Assembly: GCA_964016885.1 (NCBI GenBank)
Contig: OZ024743.1
Location: 236,096,001 to 236,160,000 of the forward strand
Length of the DNA: 64,000 nucleotides
Reading direction: 5' to 3'
DNA from: Eledone cirrhosa
Taxonomy: Eukaryota
The notes below the pieces were generated by a model. It was not told the origin of the DNA. It saw only the letters and a program-made list of their open reading frames with translations, and ran no database searches. Below are positions 1 to 14,755 of this stretch, one piece after another; position 1 is the stretch's first letter, and each line of letters begins with the position of its first letter. The position numbers and the translations under genes are program-made.

Positions 1-139
1 ATTTGAGAATAAAAAGTAATTAAAATATCTAATTACTGTAATATTGTCTTTGAAATTAATTATTTATAACGAGTTATATATTAACAAAACTGTGAAAATA
101 CATTGTAATATTTTTGATTTTTATTGAAATACATCAGCG

Positions 140-610
140 ACACCATCACTACCACCCCCAGCATCATCACTACCACCACTACCATCACTATCACCATCAT
201 CACTACCACCACTACCACCACTACTACCAACCCCACCATCATCACTACCGCCACTACCATCCCCACCATCACCACTACCATCTCTACCACCATCACTACC
301 ATCCCCACCATCATCACTACCGCCACTACCATCCCCACCATCATCACTACCGCCACCACCATCATCACTACCACCACCACCATCATCACTACCACCACTC
401 CCATCATCCCCACCATCATCACTACCGCCACTACCACCACTCCCATCATCACTACCGCCACTCCCATCCCCACCACCGCCACTACCATCCCCACTACCGC
501 CACTCCCATCCCCACCACCGCCACTACCATCCCCACCATCATCACTACCACCACTACCATCCCCACCATCACTACCACCACTCCCATCCCCACCATCATC
601 ACTACCGCCA
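140..610. repeat. ACC/ACT/ATC-rich degenerate trinucleotide minisatellite
   Basis: Units such as accatcatcactaccgccact repeated; the His-, Thr- and Val-rich ORFs are its translations. Confidence 0.9.
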
Positions 611-624
611 TTGGCGGTACAACA

Positions 625-730
625 TTTTTACCAGCTGAGTGGACTGGAGCAACATGAAATAAAGTGTCTTGCTCAAGGACACAACACCACTGAAGTAAGG
701 ACCTTACACTCACGAGTTAACCACTAGACC
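625..730 (-). mobile_element. tRNA-derived SINE family A fragment
   Basis: ctggagcaacatgaaataaagtgtcttgctcaaggacacaacac is the reverse complement of the core in the copies at 2920, 24937 and 35725. Confidence 0.75.
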
Positions 731-1054
731 TCATATTTTAATGAGGATCTTCGTCAGTAATTAAACAGGAAGATATAGAGATTTACAATAATTAAGGTGA
801 TCTTTGTTGTTTTGCCAGTTTTCACTGTTTTATGTCAAAATCTGTAAACAGAATATCTTTGATTTTTGGTAACTTGAGATATTTCTAATATTCTTATAGC
901 ACCACTGTCACTACTACTACCACCACCTCTGTCACTACCACCACCACCACTGTCACTACCATCCCTACCATATATATGTCCAATTACATACATGGATTGC
1001 ATGTATGCATGTGTATATAAACAAAACCTGACAAAGGGCGGAAGAACTCATAAG

Positions 1055-1345
1055 AGTCAACGGCCATCCAAAAGTGTGTAAATATGTATATAGACATGTA
1101 CCGCACGGTTAAACTACTGGGAGTGAAGGACCCCTAGTCTTTGTCAGGACATTCCTCTAGGAGAAGGTATCTCAGGAAGCTGGGATAACTCTGATATAAA
1201 ACCTGCAGCTCAGTAGTTACCGATGATGTTGATCTTTTCTTCTTTTCAGGTTATAGCTACTGTCTCTCAGAGAGTGGGATTGGCTCAGTGCACAGTCTTT
1301 CCTCACTTTAAAAAATATCTTCATGCACAAGCATTGCACGATTGC
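1055..1345 (+). mobile_element. Diverged copy of the RTE-5'UTR-like repeat family (see 39490)
   Basis: Shares gagtcaa-ggccatccaaaa, ctaggagaagg, actctgatataa-acctgca and gatgttga blocks with the reverse complement of 39700-39930. Confidence 0.6.
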
Positions 1346-1530
1346 ATTAATTAATAATTATTAATAATGGTATATCATGCAATGGCCATACTCGATAACG
1401 AGGGGGCAGCCATCATACATACACAAATGTATGTTAAAATATATGTATATATATATATATGTGTGAATGAAGTAATTCCATCAGAAAAGTTCAGGAAAAA
1501 AGAGTGCTCTATGTAGGTAACAGAGCTTAA

Positions 1531-1800
1531 TAGTTATGTAATAAACAACATAAGGCAATTATTCCATTTACCAGTGGTTTCTTAAAAGCAAAAAATTTTG
1601 CTTTCAATCAGAATGAAAAAAATCCTGGTCTGTTTATTGAATTTGGATTTTAAAAAAGTTTTAAAAAAAGTTTTTTTTAAATCCAAATTCAATGAACAGA
1701 CCAGGATTTTTTCATTCTGATGATTGAAAGCAAAATTTTTTGCTTTTAAGAAACCACTGGTAAATGGAATAATTGCCTTATGTTGTTTATTACATAACTA
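1531..1800. repeat. Fold-back (~125-bp arms) with degenerate hammerhead core
   Basis: tagttatgtaataaac...tggattt mirrors aaatcca...gtttattacataacta. Right arm has CTGATGA-tt-GAAA-gcaaaa-tt-ttttgc (1717-1743) with stem II deleted. Confidence 0.85.
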
Positions 1801-2919
1801 TATATATATAGTAATAATAAATTTGAAGACTAAAATCCATAGTTTCAGAAGATCCCGTTAAGGGTGAAAGCGATTCTTTGCTTAAACTTTAATCTGTTAT
1901 TTTTAATAAATATATATATATAGTTAAATGAAATAATACAAAACACAGAAAGCAAAATTAGTTATATTGGGTTCATGTTTATGAATGTATCTATATATAT
2001 ATATGTATATGTGTGTGTGTGTGTATATACATATATATACATACGTGTATGTATATGTATATATATATATATATATATGAATGTATATATATAAATCATT
2101 GATAGTGAGATGATCAACATCCAATGTTCATTAATGGAACTATAAATATATTATTGATCACTGAAGAAATCTACACAATAGAAACATCACTTCATATCAA
2201 GACTATATTGATAATTAAACATCAATTAGTGTTTTACATCTAATTACTTATAATTACAGTGGGATTCAGTGATATAGAGTTTCTAAACTGGGTTGGAGGA
2301 CGTCTTCTTCATTTCTACATTTCATGTATACTATCTACATCTAAATTTCCTAACACCCAGCTGGATGTCTTATCAAGACACCAACACTTTACAGAGTCTA
2401 CTGGGTGTATTTTACCATGGCACTACCAGTAGAGTGGTTGTCATGTCATCAACAAGACTTGAGTATTCTCTACCATGTTTTGTCTTCATACAGACATACT
2501 GACACACACACAGACACTGACACACACACACACACATATATACTGACACACACACACACACTAATATATACTGACACACACACTAATATATAGTCACAGA
2601 CAGCCATACTGACACGTAGTCACACAGACAACTACACATACATACACTGAGATATACAAACACATACATACACTGACATACAAACACAAACACACCCACA
2701 CACATACACTGACATATACACACACACACATGTAAAAGAAAGTCAAGACAGCCAAAACAATCAGGTTAGAGTAGACACAAATTACCAGCTTACCCCCACC
2801 CTGAGTACTGTCTGGATAATGACCTTTTGATGAAGCACCCACCTCCCTCCTCTACCCACACCACCCTCTCCTGACATCTACCCCCCCCTCCCATCACATC
2901 TCCCCACAACATAAACATG

Positions 2920-3190
2920 GTGAAGGTACATGGCTTCGTGGTTAGAGCATTGGGCTTGCAATCAAAAGGTTGTGAGTTCAATTCTCAGACCAGGTGATGT
3001 GTTGTTTCCTTGAACAAGACACTTTATTTCACATTGCTCCAGTTTACTCTGCTGTAGAAATGAGGACTGGAGTCCCTATCATTAAATCACCCAAGACACC
3101 TCCAACGAGATATACCTTGGAGGAGGCCAGCTAAACCTGTATAGGTGTGAGCTGTCACACACACACATAGGTGTGAGCTGTCACACACAT
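2920..3190 (+). mobile_element. tRNA-derived SINE family A
   Basis: A-box-like tggcttcgtggttagagc, B-box-like gttcaattc, then a CORE-like gtgttgtttccttgaacaagacactt block; multiple copies in the window. Confidence 0.8.
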
Positions 3191-3419
3191 GGAACATAAA
3201 ACTCCATTACCATATTTCTAATGAAAAACACTGCCTCTAATTTTCAGATGATTTTGAAAATCAAGAATTTAAGACTTAGCAATATAAATTTTTATATCAT
3301 TATTTTATTTCTCCTCCTGGTGTGTGATAAGGCTTAGGAAATCCTGTTTTAGAGAAATATTTTACAAACAGAAGTTATACAATGATGGAAATATTGAAAA
3401 AAGTTAAAAACAAAATTAA

Positions 3420-3638
3420 CCCTTTGGCATTTAAACCAGTTGTATCCGACCAGAATTCTCTCACCTCTTTCTGTTCAAACCAGCTGTAACTAGCTGCTCA
3501 AACTGACGTTAAGTTATTGTTCTCAAAATAAATAATATCAAAATCTCGTAGATTCAATATTATGAGATAATTATGTAAGGTAAAACCTTTACCATGAAAA
3601 TAAAATAGTATATATAGAGTTATGTAAATGTTAAAGGG
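3420..3638. mobile_element. piggyBac-like MITE
   Basis: TTAA on both sides (3416-3419, 3639-3642); termini ccctttggcattta / taaatgttaaaggg form a 12/14 TIR. Confidence 0.75.
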
Positions 3639-3644
3639 TTAAGT

Positions 3645-4295
3645 AATGAAAAAACAGGGGGGAATGGGTAAAGACGGGAAGATCTGGCTGTATAGGAAAG
3701 TAGAGGGCTATAGATGACATAAATGTGAAGGAGGGAAAGAGTAAGATATATTAGACAACTTTATAATTATTAAGCAGGTGTTTGGAACGAAGTTTCTAAG
3801 AATTATGATAGGTCTTTTTTAAACTTGTGACATACAGGTGTGTTGCGTTGTCAACACTAATAAAACCAAACTTGTGACATACAGGTGTGTTGTCAGTTAA
3901 CTCCACTGAAACCAACAAATTCCCCAGCCAGTTGTCATGGGACAGACATACATTTTTTATTTTTCCATTTAATAGTTGAGCTCTCAGGTGTTCTTGGACT
4001 CTGTACAGCAGAGCTTCTCCATAACATTGGAACATCAGTAGCATGTTTGAGGAAGGAGCCCCACGAGGTTGTGTGACTGGTACAGTGAATGTTGCTGGCT
4101 ATTGTCCACGGAAATGCCTTTACAGTTGTTTGCGGGGCACAGACAAAACACAGCCCCGATGTAGGAATAGATCCTGTCACCCTCTCCCTTTTTCCTTCTA
4201 TTTCTTCACATTTACAACATTTATAATCCTTTCCTCGACCTCCCTATACAGCCAGATCTGCCATTCTTTACCTCCTCCCCGTTTATTTCATTAAA
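3645..4295. repeat. Old inverted-repeat (fold-back/MITE-like) element
   Basis: agatctggctgtatagg (~3680) mirrors cctatacagccagatct (~4245), with degenerate flanking similarity. Confidence 0.5.
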
Positions 4296-4589
4296 TAATT
4301 ATGAAAACTTTAATTTGTAGATATTAAAACATTTAATATCAGTAATATCTTTGGGGATGTTTCTTGTTTCTCCTCATCTCTAAAAATGTCAACCTCTAAA
4401 GAAATAACATATTATTAATGTATTAGACAAAATACCTTGCAGTATTTAGTTAGGGTCTAAGTTAAAATCCTGTCATGACTGGCTTTGACTTCCATCCTGT
4501 TGGGGTTTGATAAAATGATTGCTCCCAATTACTTTGGTCCAATTACTTTGAAGTAGTAAGACTAACTGTATTAGTCATATTATTTGGAT

Positions 4590-4970
4590 ACATTAAGACC
4601 AATCACAACATTATGTCATATGGTCACATGTTTCAATCATTATATATCATATGTGGTCCTATCTCTGATGTATTAAGACCAGCTATAACATATGTGGTCC
4701 TATCACTGATGTATTAAGACCAATCATAACATTATATATCATATAGTCCTATCACTGATATATTAAGACCAATCAGAACATACATCATATAGTCCTATCG
4801 CTGATGTATTAAGACCAGTCATAACATATATCACATGTGGTCCTATCTCTGATGTATTACGACCAATCATAACATATCATATAGTCCTATCACTGATGTA
4901 TTAAGACCAGTCATAACATTATATCATGTGGTCCTATCACTGATGTATCAAGACCAGTCATAACATATGT
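4590..4970. repeat. ~40-45-bp minisatellite
   Basis: Unit gtcctatcactgatgtattaagaccaatcataacat..., about 8 copies. Confidence 0.9.
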
Positions 4971-5591
4971 ACGAGTTGTGTCAGGCCAATCTTATTACAT
5001 CACATTGTCTTAAATGTTATGTAAACAAGAGTTAGAAGTGATAAGACTTATCACTTCTTACTGACAGAGGTTGTACAAGAGAAAATGTGTTACTAAAGCA
5101 CACCATAATAATTATGTGACATCTATATATATATTGATTAGTTCTTTCATTGTTTTGGTACTGTATGGTTGGGTTTTGCCTACCACAATTTTCAATTTGT
5201 CAAGCTATTTAAACATAATGTTATTACTCTAAGGACCTACCCTTATTGAGTGATTTGCTGCTCATTCCTTATTGTAAATCGACTTTGCTTAGCCACAGCC
5301 AAAGCTTCGATTTTACTAAGCTTCCACTTGTGTGTGTATATATATATATATATATATTTATATCTATCTATTTATCTATATATTTATATCTATATATTTA
5401 TATCTATCTATCTATATATTTATATCTATATATATAGCTATATATTTATATCTATATATATAGCTATATATTTATATCTATATATATAGCTATATATTTA
5501 TATCTATATATATAGCTATATATTTATATCTATATATTTATATCTATCTACATATATCTATATATCTATCTATCTATATATCTATATCTAT

Positions 5592-5760
5592 CTGGACGGA
5601 GGGCCCGGTGAAATTGCTCGGGGTCTGGTTCGGACCAGACCTCCAGGTGGAGAAGAACTGGGGTGAGGTGACGAGCAGGGTGTTTGCACTGACCCAGAAG
5701 TGGGCCGAGTGCAAACTGTCCCTGAAAGGTCGGGCGGAGGTGGCGAACACTTATATAGTT
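5592..5760 (+). pseudogene. Tx1/L1-like LINE RT-region fragment
   Basis: WTEGPVKLLGVWFGPDLQVEKNWGEVTSRV...RAEVANTYI matches the ORF2 peptide of 57707-59026; directly follows a (TATC)-rich tract. Confidence 0.85.
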
Positions 5761-5799
5761 GCTCGTAAAAGCAGTCTTTCTCTTCTTTGCCTAGGCCTG

Positions 5800-6150
5800 C
5801 TTGGGGAGCATAGGCAGAGATGATTGTCAGTAGTCTCCTGCCTACAACTAATCTAAGCTTAATTATTTGATTATTAACTCAAACTAATTCTATTGTCTTA
5901 TTGATCCATCTCTCAGCCAGGAAAATTCCTACTCCCCCTAACCCATCATCCTTACCTACCCAGAAAAGCTTATAGCTAAGATGTTTGCCTGCGACTAGTC
6001 TCACAGAGGCACCTCTCCATCTCACCTCTTGCACGCAGCACACATCCACATGCCTTTTCTCCAGCATCTCCACTATTTCACCAGTTCTACCTGTGAGAGT
6101 GCCAACATTAAGTGTTGCAGCTCTGAGATGGGACGTCTTCATATTTTTGT
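5800..6150 (-). pseudogene. RTE-clade LINE AP-endonuclease N-terminal fragment
   Basis: TLNVGTLTGR...VDVCCVQEVRWRG...GVGIFL motifs. Confidence 0.8.
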
Positions 6151-6785
6151 TGTTCCTATATATTTGTTGCTGTGCTCATAATTGTTTTGGCATTGATACA
6201 CTGGTTGGATGCATTTCCTAACACCAGTGCCACTTTACAGCATGGGCTGGGTGCTTTTATTCGTGCCACCGGCACTAGAGAGTATGTCTTACTGGACTCA
6301 TGGGCCCTCTCTACCCCTCCATTTTACAGCATGGTCATAAAAAAAAACAAAAAAACACCACTTATTGACACTCACTGCGCGCACACCAACACATGCATAC
6401 AAACACACACACATACATTACCGTCAGTACTCATAAGATCATGTCAACTGTTGACTTTTACAGTTCAGTTTTTATATAATAATAATAATTGTTTGCTTTA
6501 CAGCATAAAGCAACAGCCCTCCATGCTCCGGGCCCAAAACAAGGCACCAGCAATGTGCTGGGACAATCGCTGCCCCGTGCCAAGAACAGAATAGTTATTT
6601 AATATTATAGTTGTTTTCTTCTTCTTAAGGCCTGATCGCTGGTGATGGTGGTGGATGGTGTCAGTGATGATAATAGTGGTGGTGGTGGTGGGTGGTGTCA
6701 GTGATGGTGATGGCAGTTGTTATCGTTGTTGTTGTTGTTATATATCTATTTATATCTATCTATATATATATCTATTTATATCTAT

Positions 6786-6830
<45 letters not shown>

Positions 6831-6833
<3 letters not shown>

Positions 6834-8078
6834 GGTGCGGATGATATTTGTTCGCAAGATTACTGTCTAGGAAAAAATAACACAGTAGTTTTATTTTTTT
6901 AGATATATTTATCAAAATTAGATCAGTTTGTCTTCATGACTTGTTCTATTGATCTCACTCGATAAACCCGCCATTGGCTTTGATGACGGCCTCGGAACCG
7001 GCTACAGGGCTTTGTCACTGTCCCCCCGACTTAGGCCCCTAAAGGCTCTTGTGATCCTGGCCTTCAGATCGTCTTTCGTATTGCAGCTAGATCTGTTGGT
7101 GTCTCATTCCACTGCGTCCCACACAAAGAAGTCAAGGGGGTTGCAGTCAGGCGAGCTGGGAGGCCAGATGTCAGGTGAAGTGTGGTCGACGAAGTTCTGA
7201 CAGCCAGGCTTGGGTTTTTCGGCTGGTATGGCAGGGCGCTGAGTCTTGCTGCAACACGTACGGCCTACCTGCAGCTACCTGGTCAATCCGGGGCGTTACT
7301 ACCTTACTCAGAATGCGGATGTAGCCATCGGTGTTTAGCTTGAAGCCCTCAGGGAAGAAGTGAGGTGGCATGACGTCACCTTGACTGCTGACAAGACCTA
7401 AGACCAATGTTGTCGCTGGAAACTTTGTCTGCATGACTCTGGGCACGTCTTTGGATGAGACAGCGAGCCACCTGTTGTTCTGGGAGTTGATCTGGTCTTG
7501 GCAGAAGTTTTTCTCGTCGGAGAAAAACCACAGCATGTCTGGCTCCAGTGGGTGTTTCAACTTGTTGATCAGCTTCTTTGTGTGCTTCAGGCGCTTTTCT
7601 TGGATCGCCTTTGACAGAAATTGTCTTTTCCTCATCTTGTATGAAACGTAGCCAATGTCTTCATGTACCACCAGCCTAATGAGCTTTTCATCCACACCTT
7701 TCTCCTTTGCAATGGCACGCATCGACTTGCTAGGTTCATTGTTGATGATATCCTGAACTTCAGCGACGAACTCGGGCGTTCTGATGGCGTAAGATCATGT
7801 GTTGCTTCGTAGTCGAATCCTGAATCTTCCAATTCCTTTCTGACCTTTTCCATCATTCTCCTGCCGACGCCTGAAATTTCCTTATTTGTCCTCCCGGCAC
7901 GGATTCCAAGAAGAACTCCGTGTCTCTTCCACAAATTTGGAGGTTCAAAATTATTCATAATCAATTATTCTGAAAATAAATAATGGAAATATAGTGACTG
8001 TTTTTATGAAGACAAGAGTGACAACGGAAGTAAAAAAAATTTGCATAAAATTAGCAAACAAATATCGTCCACACCCTG
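6831..8078 (-). mobile_element. Tc1/mariner DD37D (maT-like) DNA transposon with frameshifted transposase
   Basis: TIRs cagggtgcggatgatatttgttcgc / gcaaacaaatatcgtccacaccctg, left end preceded by TA. Motifs WFFSDEKNF, QQDSAPCH and, after a frameshift, WPPSSPDCNPLDFFVW; 37 residues between the second and third D after repair. Confidence 0.9.
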
Positions 8079-8086
8079 TCTATAAC

Positions 8087-11000
8087 TATCTATCTACCAC
8101 ACATCACTAACACAGTTCTGTTCTATCTACAACACATCACTACCACAGTACTGTTCTATCTACCACACATCACTAACACAGTACTGTTCTATCTACCACA
8201 CATCACTAACACAGTACTGTTCTATCTACAACACATCACTAACACAGTACTGTTCTATCTATCACACATCACTAACACAGTACTGTTCTATCTACCACAC
8301 ATCACTAACACAGTACTGTTCGATCTATAACCTATCACTAACACAGTTCTGTTCTATCTACAACACATCACTAACACAGTTCTGTTCTATCTACCACATA
8401 TCACTAACACAGTTCTGTTCTATCTATAACCTATCACTAACACAGTTCTGTTCTATCTACAACACATCACTAACACAGTTCTGTTCTATCTACAACACAT
8501 CACTAACACAGTTCTGTTCTATCTACCACATATCACTAACACAGTACTGTTCTATCTACAACATATCACTAACACAGTTCTGTTCTATCTACAACACATC
8601 ACTAATACAGTAGTTCTATCTACCACACATCACTAACACAGTTCTGTTCTATCTACCACATATCACTAACACAGTACTGTTCTATCTACAACATATCACT
8701 CACACAGTTCTGTTCTATCTACAACACATCACTAATACAGTACTGTTCTATCTACCACACATCACTAATACAGTACTGTTCTACCTACCACACATCACTA
8801 ACACAGTTCTGTTCTATCTACCACATATCACTAACACAGTACTGTTCTATCTACAACATATCACTAACACAGTACTGTTCTATCTACAACATATCACTAA
8901 CACAGTACTGTTCTATCTACAACACATCCCTAACACAGTACTGTTCTATCTACAACACATCACTAACACATTACTGTTCTATCTACAACATATCACTAAC
9001 ACAGTACTGTTCTATCTACCACACATCACTAACACAGTAGTGTTCTATCTACAACACATCACTAACAGTTCTGTTCTATCTACCACACATCACTAACACA
9101 GTTCTGTTCTATCTACCACACATCACTAATACAGTACTGTTCTATCTACAACACATCACTAACACAGTTCTGTTCTATCTACAACACATCACTAACACAG
9201 TACTGTTCTATCTACAACACATCACTAACACAGTTCTGTTCTATCTACCACACATCACTAACATATTTGTTCTATCTACCACACATCACCAACACAGTTC
9301 TGTTCTATCTACCACACATCACTAACACAGTACTGTTCTATCTACCACACATCACTAACACAGTACTGTTCTATCTATAACCTATCACTAACACAGTTCT
9401 GTTCTATCTACAACACATCACTAACACAGTTCTGTTCTATCTACCACATATCACTAACACAGTACTGTTCTATCTACAACATATCACTAACACAGTTCTG
9501 TTCTATCTACAACACATCACTAATACAGTACTGTTCTATCTACCACACATCACTAACACAGTTCTGTTCTATCTACCACATATCACTAACACAGTACTGT
9601 TCTATCTACAACATATCACTAACACAGTACTGTTCTATCTACCACACATCACTAACACAGTTCTGTTCTATCTACAACATATCACTAACACAGTACTGTT
9701 CTATCTACAACACATCCCTAACACAGTACTGTTCTATCTAACACACATCACTAACACAGTACTGTTCTATCTACCACACATCACTAACACAGTCCTGTTC
9801 TATCTACCACACATCACTAACACAGTAGTGTTCTATCTACAACACATCACTAACAGTTCTGTTCTATCTACCACACATCACTAACACAGTTCTGTTCTAT
9901 CTACCACACATCACCAACACAGTACTGTTCTATCTACAACACATCACTAACAGTTCTGTTCTATCTACAACACATCACTAACACAGTTCTGTTCTATCTA
10001 CAACACATCACTAACACAGTTCTGTTCTATCTACAACACATCACTAACACAGTACTGTTCTATCTACAACACATCACTAACACAGTACTGTTCTATCTAT
10101 CACACATCACTAACACAGTTCTGTTCTATCTACAACACATCACTAACAGAGTTCTGTTCTATGTAACATACAACACTAACACAGTACTGTTCTATCTACA
10201 ACACATCACTAACACAGTACTGTTCTATCTACAACACATCATTAACACAGTACTGTTCTATCTACAACACATCACTAACAGTACTGTTCTATCTATCACA
10301 CATCACTAACACAGTTCTGTTCTATCTACAACACATCACTAACACAGTACTGTTCTATCTACAACACATCACTAACACAGTACTGTTCTATCTACCACAC
10401 ATCACTAACACAGTTCTGTTCTATCTAACACACATCACTAACACAGTACTGTTCTATCTACCACACATCACTAACACAGTTCTGTTCTATCTCCCACACA
10501 TCACTAACACAGTTCTGTTCTATCTATCACACATCACTAACACAGTTCTGTTCTATCTACAACACATCACTAACACAGTTCTGTTCTATCTACAACACAT
10601 CATTAACACAGTACTGTTCTATCTACAACACATCACTAACACAGTACTGTTCTATCTACAACACATCACTAACACAGTTCTGGTCTATCTACAACACATC
10701 ACTAACACAGTACTGTTCTATCTACCACACATCACTAACACAGTTCTGGTATATCTACCACACATCACTAACACAGTACTGTTCTATCTACCACACATCA
10801 CTAACACAGTTCTGGTCTATCTACCACACATCACTAACACAGTACTGTTCTATCTACCACACATCACCAACACAGTTCTGGTCTATCTACCACACATCAC
10901 CAACACAGTTCTGGTCTATCTACCACACATCACCAACACAGTTCTGGTCTATCTACCACACAACACTAACACAGTTCTGGTCTATCTACAACACATCACT

Positions 11001-12233
11001 AACACAGTACTGTTCTATCTACCACACATCACTAACACAGTACTGTTCTATCTACCACACATCACTAACACAGTACTGTTCTATCTACCACACATCACTA
11101 ACACAATACTGTTCTATCTAACACACATCACTAACACAATACTGTTCTATCTAACACACATCACTAACACAGTACTGTTCTATCTACCACACATCACTAA
11201 CACAGTTCTGGTCTATCTACCACACAACACTAACACAGTTCTGGTCTATCTACAACACATCACTAACACAGTACTGTTCTATCTACCACACATCACTAAC
11301 ACAGTACTGTTCTATCTACCACACATCACTAACACAATACTGTTCTATCTACCACACATCACTAACACAGTTCTGGTCTATCTACAACACATCACTAACA
11401 CAGTACTGTTCTATCTACCACACATCACTAACACAGTTCTGGTCTATCTACCACACATCACTAACACAGTACTGTTCTATCTACCACACATCACTAACAC
11501 AGTTCTGGTCTATCAACCACACATCACCAACACAGTTCTGGTCTATCTACCACACATCACCAACACAGTTCTGGTCTATCTACCACACAACACTAACACA
11601 GTTCTGGTCTATCTACAACACATCACTAACACAGTACTGTTCTATCTACCACACATCACTAACACAGTACTGTTCTATCTACCACACATCACTAACACAA
11701 TACTGGTCTATCTACCACACATCACTAACACAGTTCTGGTCTATCTACCACACATCACTAACACAGTACTGTTCTATCTACCACACATCACTAACACAGT
11801 TCTGGTCTATCTACCACACATCACTAACACAGTTCTGGTCTATCTACCACACATCACCAACACAGTTCTGGTCTATCTACCACACAACACTAACACAGTT
11901 CTGGTCTATCTACAACACATCACTAACACAGTACTGTTCTATCTACCACACATCACTAACACAGTACTGTTCTATCTACCACACATCACTAACACAATAC
12001 TGTTCTATCTAACACACATCACTAACACAATACTGTTCTATCTACCACACATCACTAACACAGTTCTGGTCTATCTACAACACATCACTAACACAGTACT
12101 GTTCTATCTACCACACATCACTAACACAGTTCTGGTCTATCTACAACACATCACTAACATAGTTCTGTTCTATCTAACACACATCACTAACACAATACTG
12201 TTCTATCTAACACACATCACTAACACAGTTCTG
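8087..12233. repeat. 33-bp tandem satellite, about 125 copies
   Basis: Unit acacatcactaacacagt(a/t)ctgttctatctac(c/a); period 33 measured at 8101/8134; no unique spacers. Confidence 0.97.
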
Positions 12234-12439
12234 TGTTGATCTGTCTAACTATTTATCTATGTAAATAAAGAAATATATCTATGTAGATTCTGAAATAACA
12301 ATTGTGTAACACACACGTCTAAGACTGACACACACACGTCTAACACTGGCATATACACATTTTTCTGGCAACTGAATTACACACACAAACACACATACAT
12401 GACACTGACATTCTCCCACACATACATACACTCCCTTTC

Positions 12440-12820
12440 ACTGTCATATATAAACATCTCTTACACCTCATCTCTCTCCCTCTTACTGTCAAACATACAT
12501 CTCTCTCCCCCTCTTACTGTCATACATACACCTCTCTCTCTCTCCCTCTTACTGTCATACATACACCTCTCTCTCTCGCTCTTACTGTCATACATACACA
12601 CCCCTCTCTCTCCCCCTCTTACTGTCATACATACACCTCTCTCTTCCCTCTCTTGCTGTCATACACCTCTCTTTCCCCCTCTTACTGTCATACATACACC
12701 TCTCTCCCTCTTACTGTCATTCTATCTATCACTCACAATCTCACTCTCTCACTGTCACCTTACAGTTCTCCCTGTCTCTCACTGTCACCTTACAGTTCTC
12801 ACACTTTCTCTCTCTCTTAC
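12440..12820. repeat. CT/CA-rich minisatellite
   Basis: Repeated ctcttactgtcatacatacacctctctc. Confidence 0.8.
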
Positions 12821-13061
12821 AACTGACTTTATCTCTATCACACACGTGTGAACACCCCGCCCTATTCTCCATCACACACAAACATGTATTTACATCGCTA
12901 AACAGACAAATATGGATATGAATGAAGACACACACAGACCTATACATATACACACACATATATACATACACGATTACATAACATAAATACGTATATATAC
13001 ACATGCACTCCTACATGTTTATATGATGTCGATGTTATATACCCAATAATTTCATTATTTT

Positions 13062-13170
13062 AATAGCCGAGGTTGACTTTGCCTTTCATCCTTACGGGTC
13101 GATAAAATAAAGTACCAGTAATGCACTGAGTAATTGGTGGCCTTGTGCCTAAAGTAGAAACAATTATTTT
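13062..13170 (+). mobile_element. SINE family B 3' fragment
   Basis: gccgaggttgactttgcctttcatccttacgggtcgataaaataaagtaccag. Other copies at about 16300-16380(-), 17630-17760(+), 18100-18205(-), 20850-21000(+), 26420-26580(+), 37910-38030(-). Confidence 0.8.
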
Positions 13171-13237
<67 letters not shown>

Positions 13238-13266
13238 TATATATACGTACATGTTGGCATCATGTT

Positions 13267-13302
<36 letters not shown>

Positions 13303-13692
13303 TATACATATAAGCCTATTCTGATGTATGTATACATACCGAAATATATACTTTCCTAGTTTTGTAAATGCCCTTGGCCCTACAAAAAAGTACAACACAC
13401 ACACAGATATATATATACACACACATGCACACAAATATATAAATATATATACACACACATAGATATATAAATATATATTTATACACACACACATCTATCT
13501 ATTTAAAGGAAACATAAAATTTTTCACAGACGCACTCAACATACCTAATACACACACATATTTATATATATACACTCGCTTACATATTTAATCTTAACAG
13601 AACTAGAGCATCTTACAATGAATAGACAACGCGTGTAACATACATGTGTGTATGTATGTGTCTGTGTGTGTATATATATATATATCAGATAT

Positions 13693-13866
13693 ATGTGGTA
13701 AAACCCAGGTAGACTATAACCCTCCAGACTACTCGATACTTGGGGTAGAAGAGTGGGTAACATGAAAATATTCAGGACCCCGACGACTGAGCTCCGGCCG
13801 TTTCAACAGCTAGAATCTAACTAGTTGTTGAAAGGGCCGGAGCTCAGCCGTCGGGGTCCTGAATAT
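13693..13866. repeat. Hairpin repeat family inserted in (TA)n
   Basis: ttcaggaccccgacgactgagctccggccgtttcaacagctag ... ctagttgttgaaagggccggagctcagccgtcggggtcctgaa; relatives at 35500-35700 and 36422-36600. Confidence 0.8.
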
Positions 13867-13972
13867 GTTGATATATATATCATTTATTAAACTATATATA
13901 TATATATATAGGAAAAGGTTCAGGACCCCGACGGCAGAGTTATGGTCCACCTGGTTTCTTACCACACTTCCT

Positions 13973-14030
<58 letters not shown>

Positions 14031-14720
14031 ATAACACAAATGACATATCGATTTTAGACATATGTATGTGTTTACATATAGATATACGTGTATATAGAGA
14101 GAAAGATATATATATATATATATATATATATACACGTGTATATGTGTGTATATGTATAAATATACACGTGTATATGTGTGTGAGTATAAATGGTGATTTT
14201 GTTCATAAAAACTAACTTTTGTAATGTGATATTTTCGATTTTCCACGTATAAACCAACTGTTTATAAATAGAGCGGTCCTCCGTCGGTATCAGCGATGAA
14301 CAGTTCGATCAACGGAATTATCCATTCGTGTATTAGCGTGGAAGTGGTTGAATATTCCACTAGTACGTGTACCAATAATAAGTTCTTAGAACCAGCGTGG
14401 TTGTGTGTAATAAGACTGGTAGTCTTATATATTATAGTATAAGTGGTTGTGTTCTCCACAGACACGTGTACTGTTAATGTAATGTCTCGGTCGAATTGGT
14501 CCATAACAGCACACACCCAAACATTTGATACAAGGGCAACTAAAATACAAAGCATCGAAATACGCAAGTGGAAATATTTTAAAGGTAGACACATACAATC
14601 ACACACACACATACAATCACACACAGACATACAATCACACACATACACCAACATACAATCACACACACACACCAACATACAATCACACACGCATACAATC
14701 ACATATACACACACACACAA

Positions 14721-14755
<35 letters not shown>

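Noticed and set aside
81-713. His-rich, Thr-rich or mucin-like ORFs
   Set aside because: Several frames are open only because of a trinucleotide repeat, and they run into a SINE.
8087-12233. CRISPR-like array (33-bp period with internal palindrome)
   Set aside because: Head-to-tail repeats without unique spacers, no cas genes, eukaryotic context.
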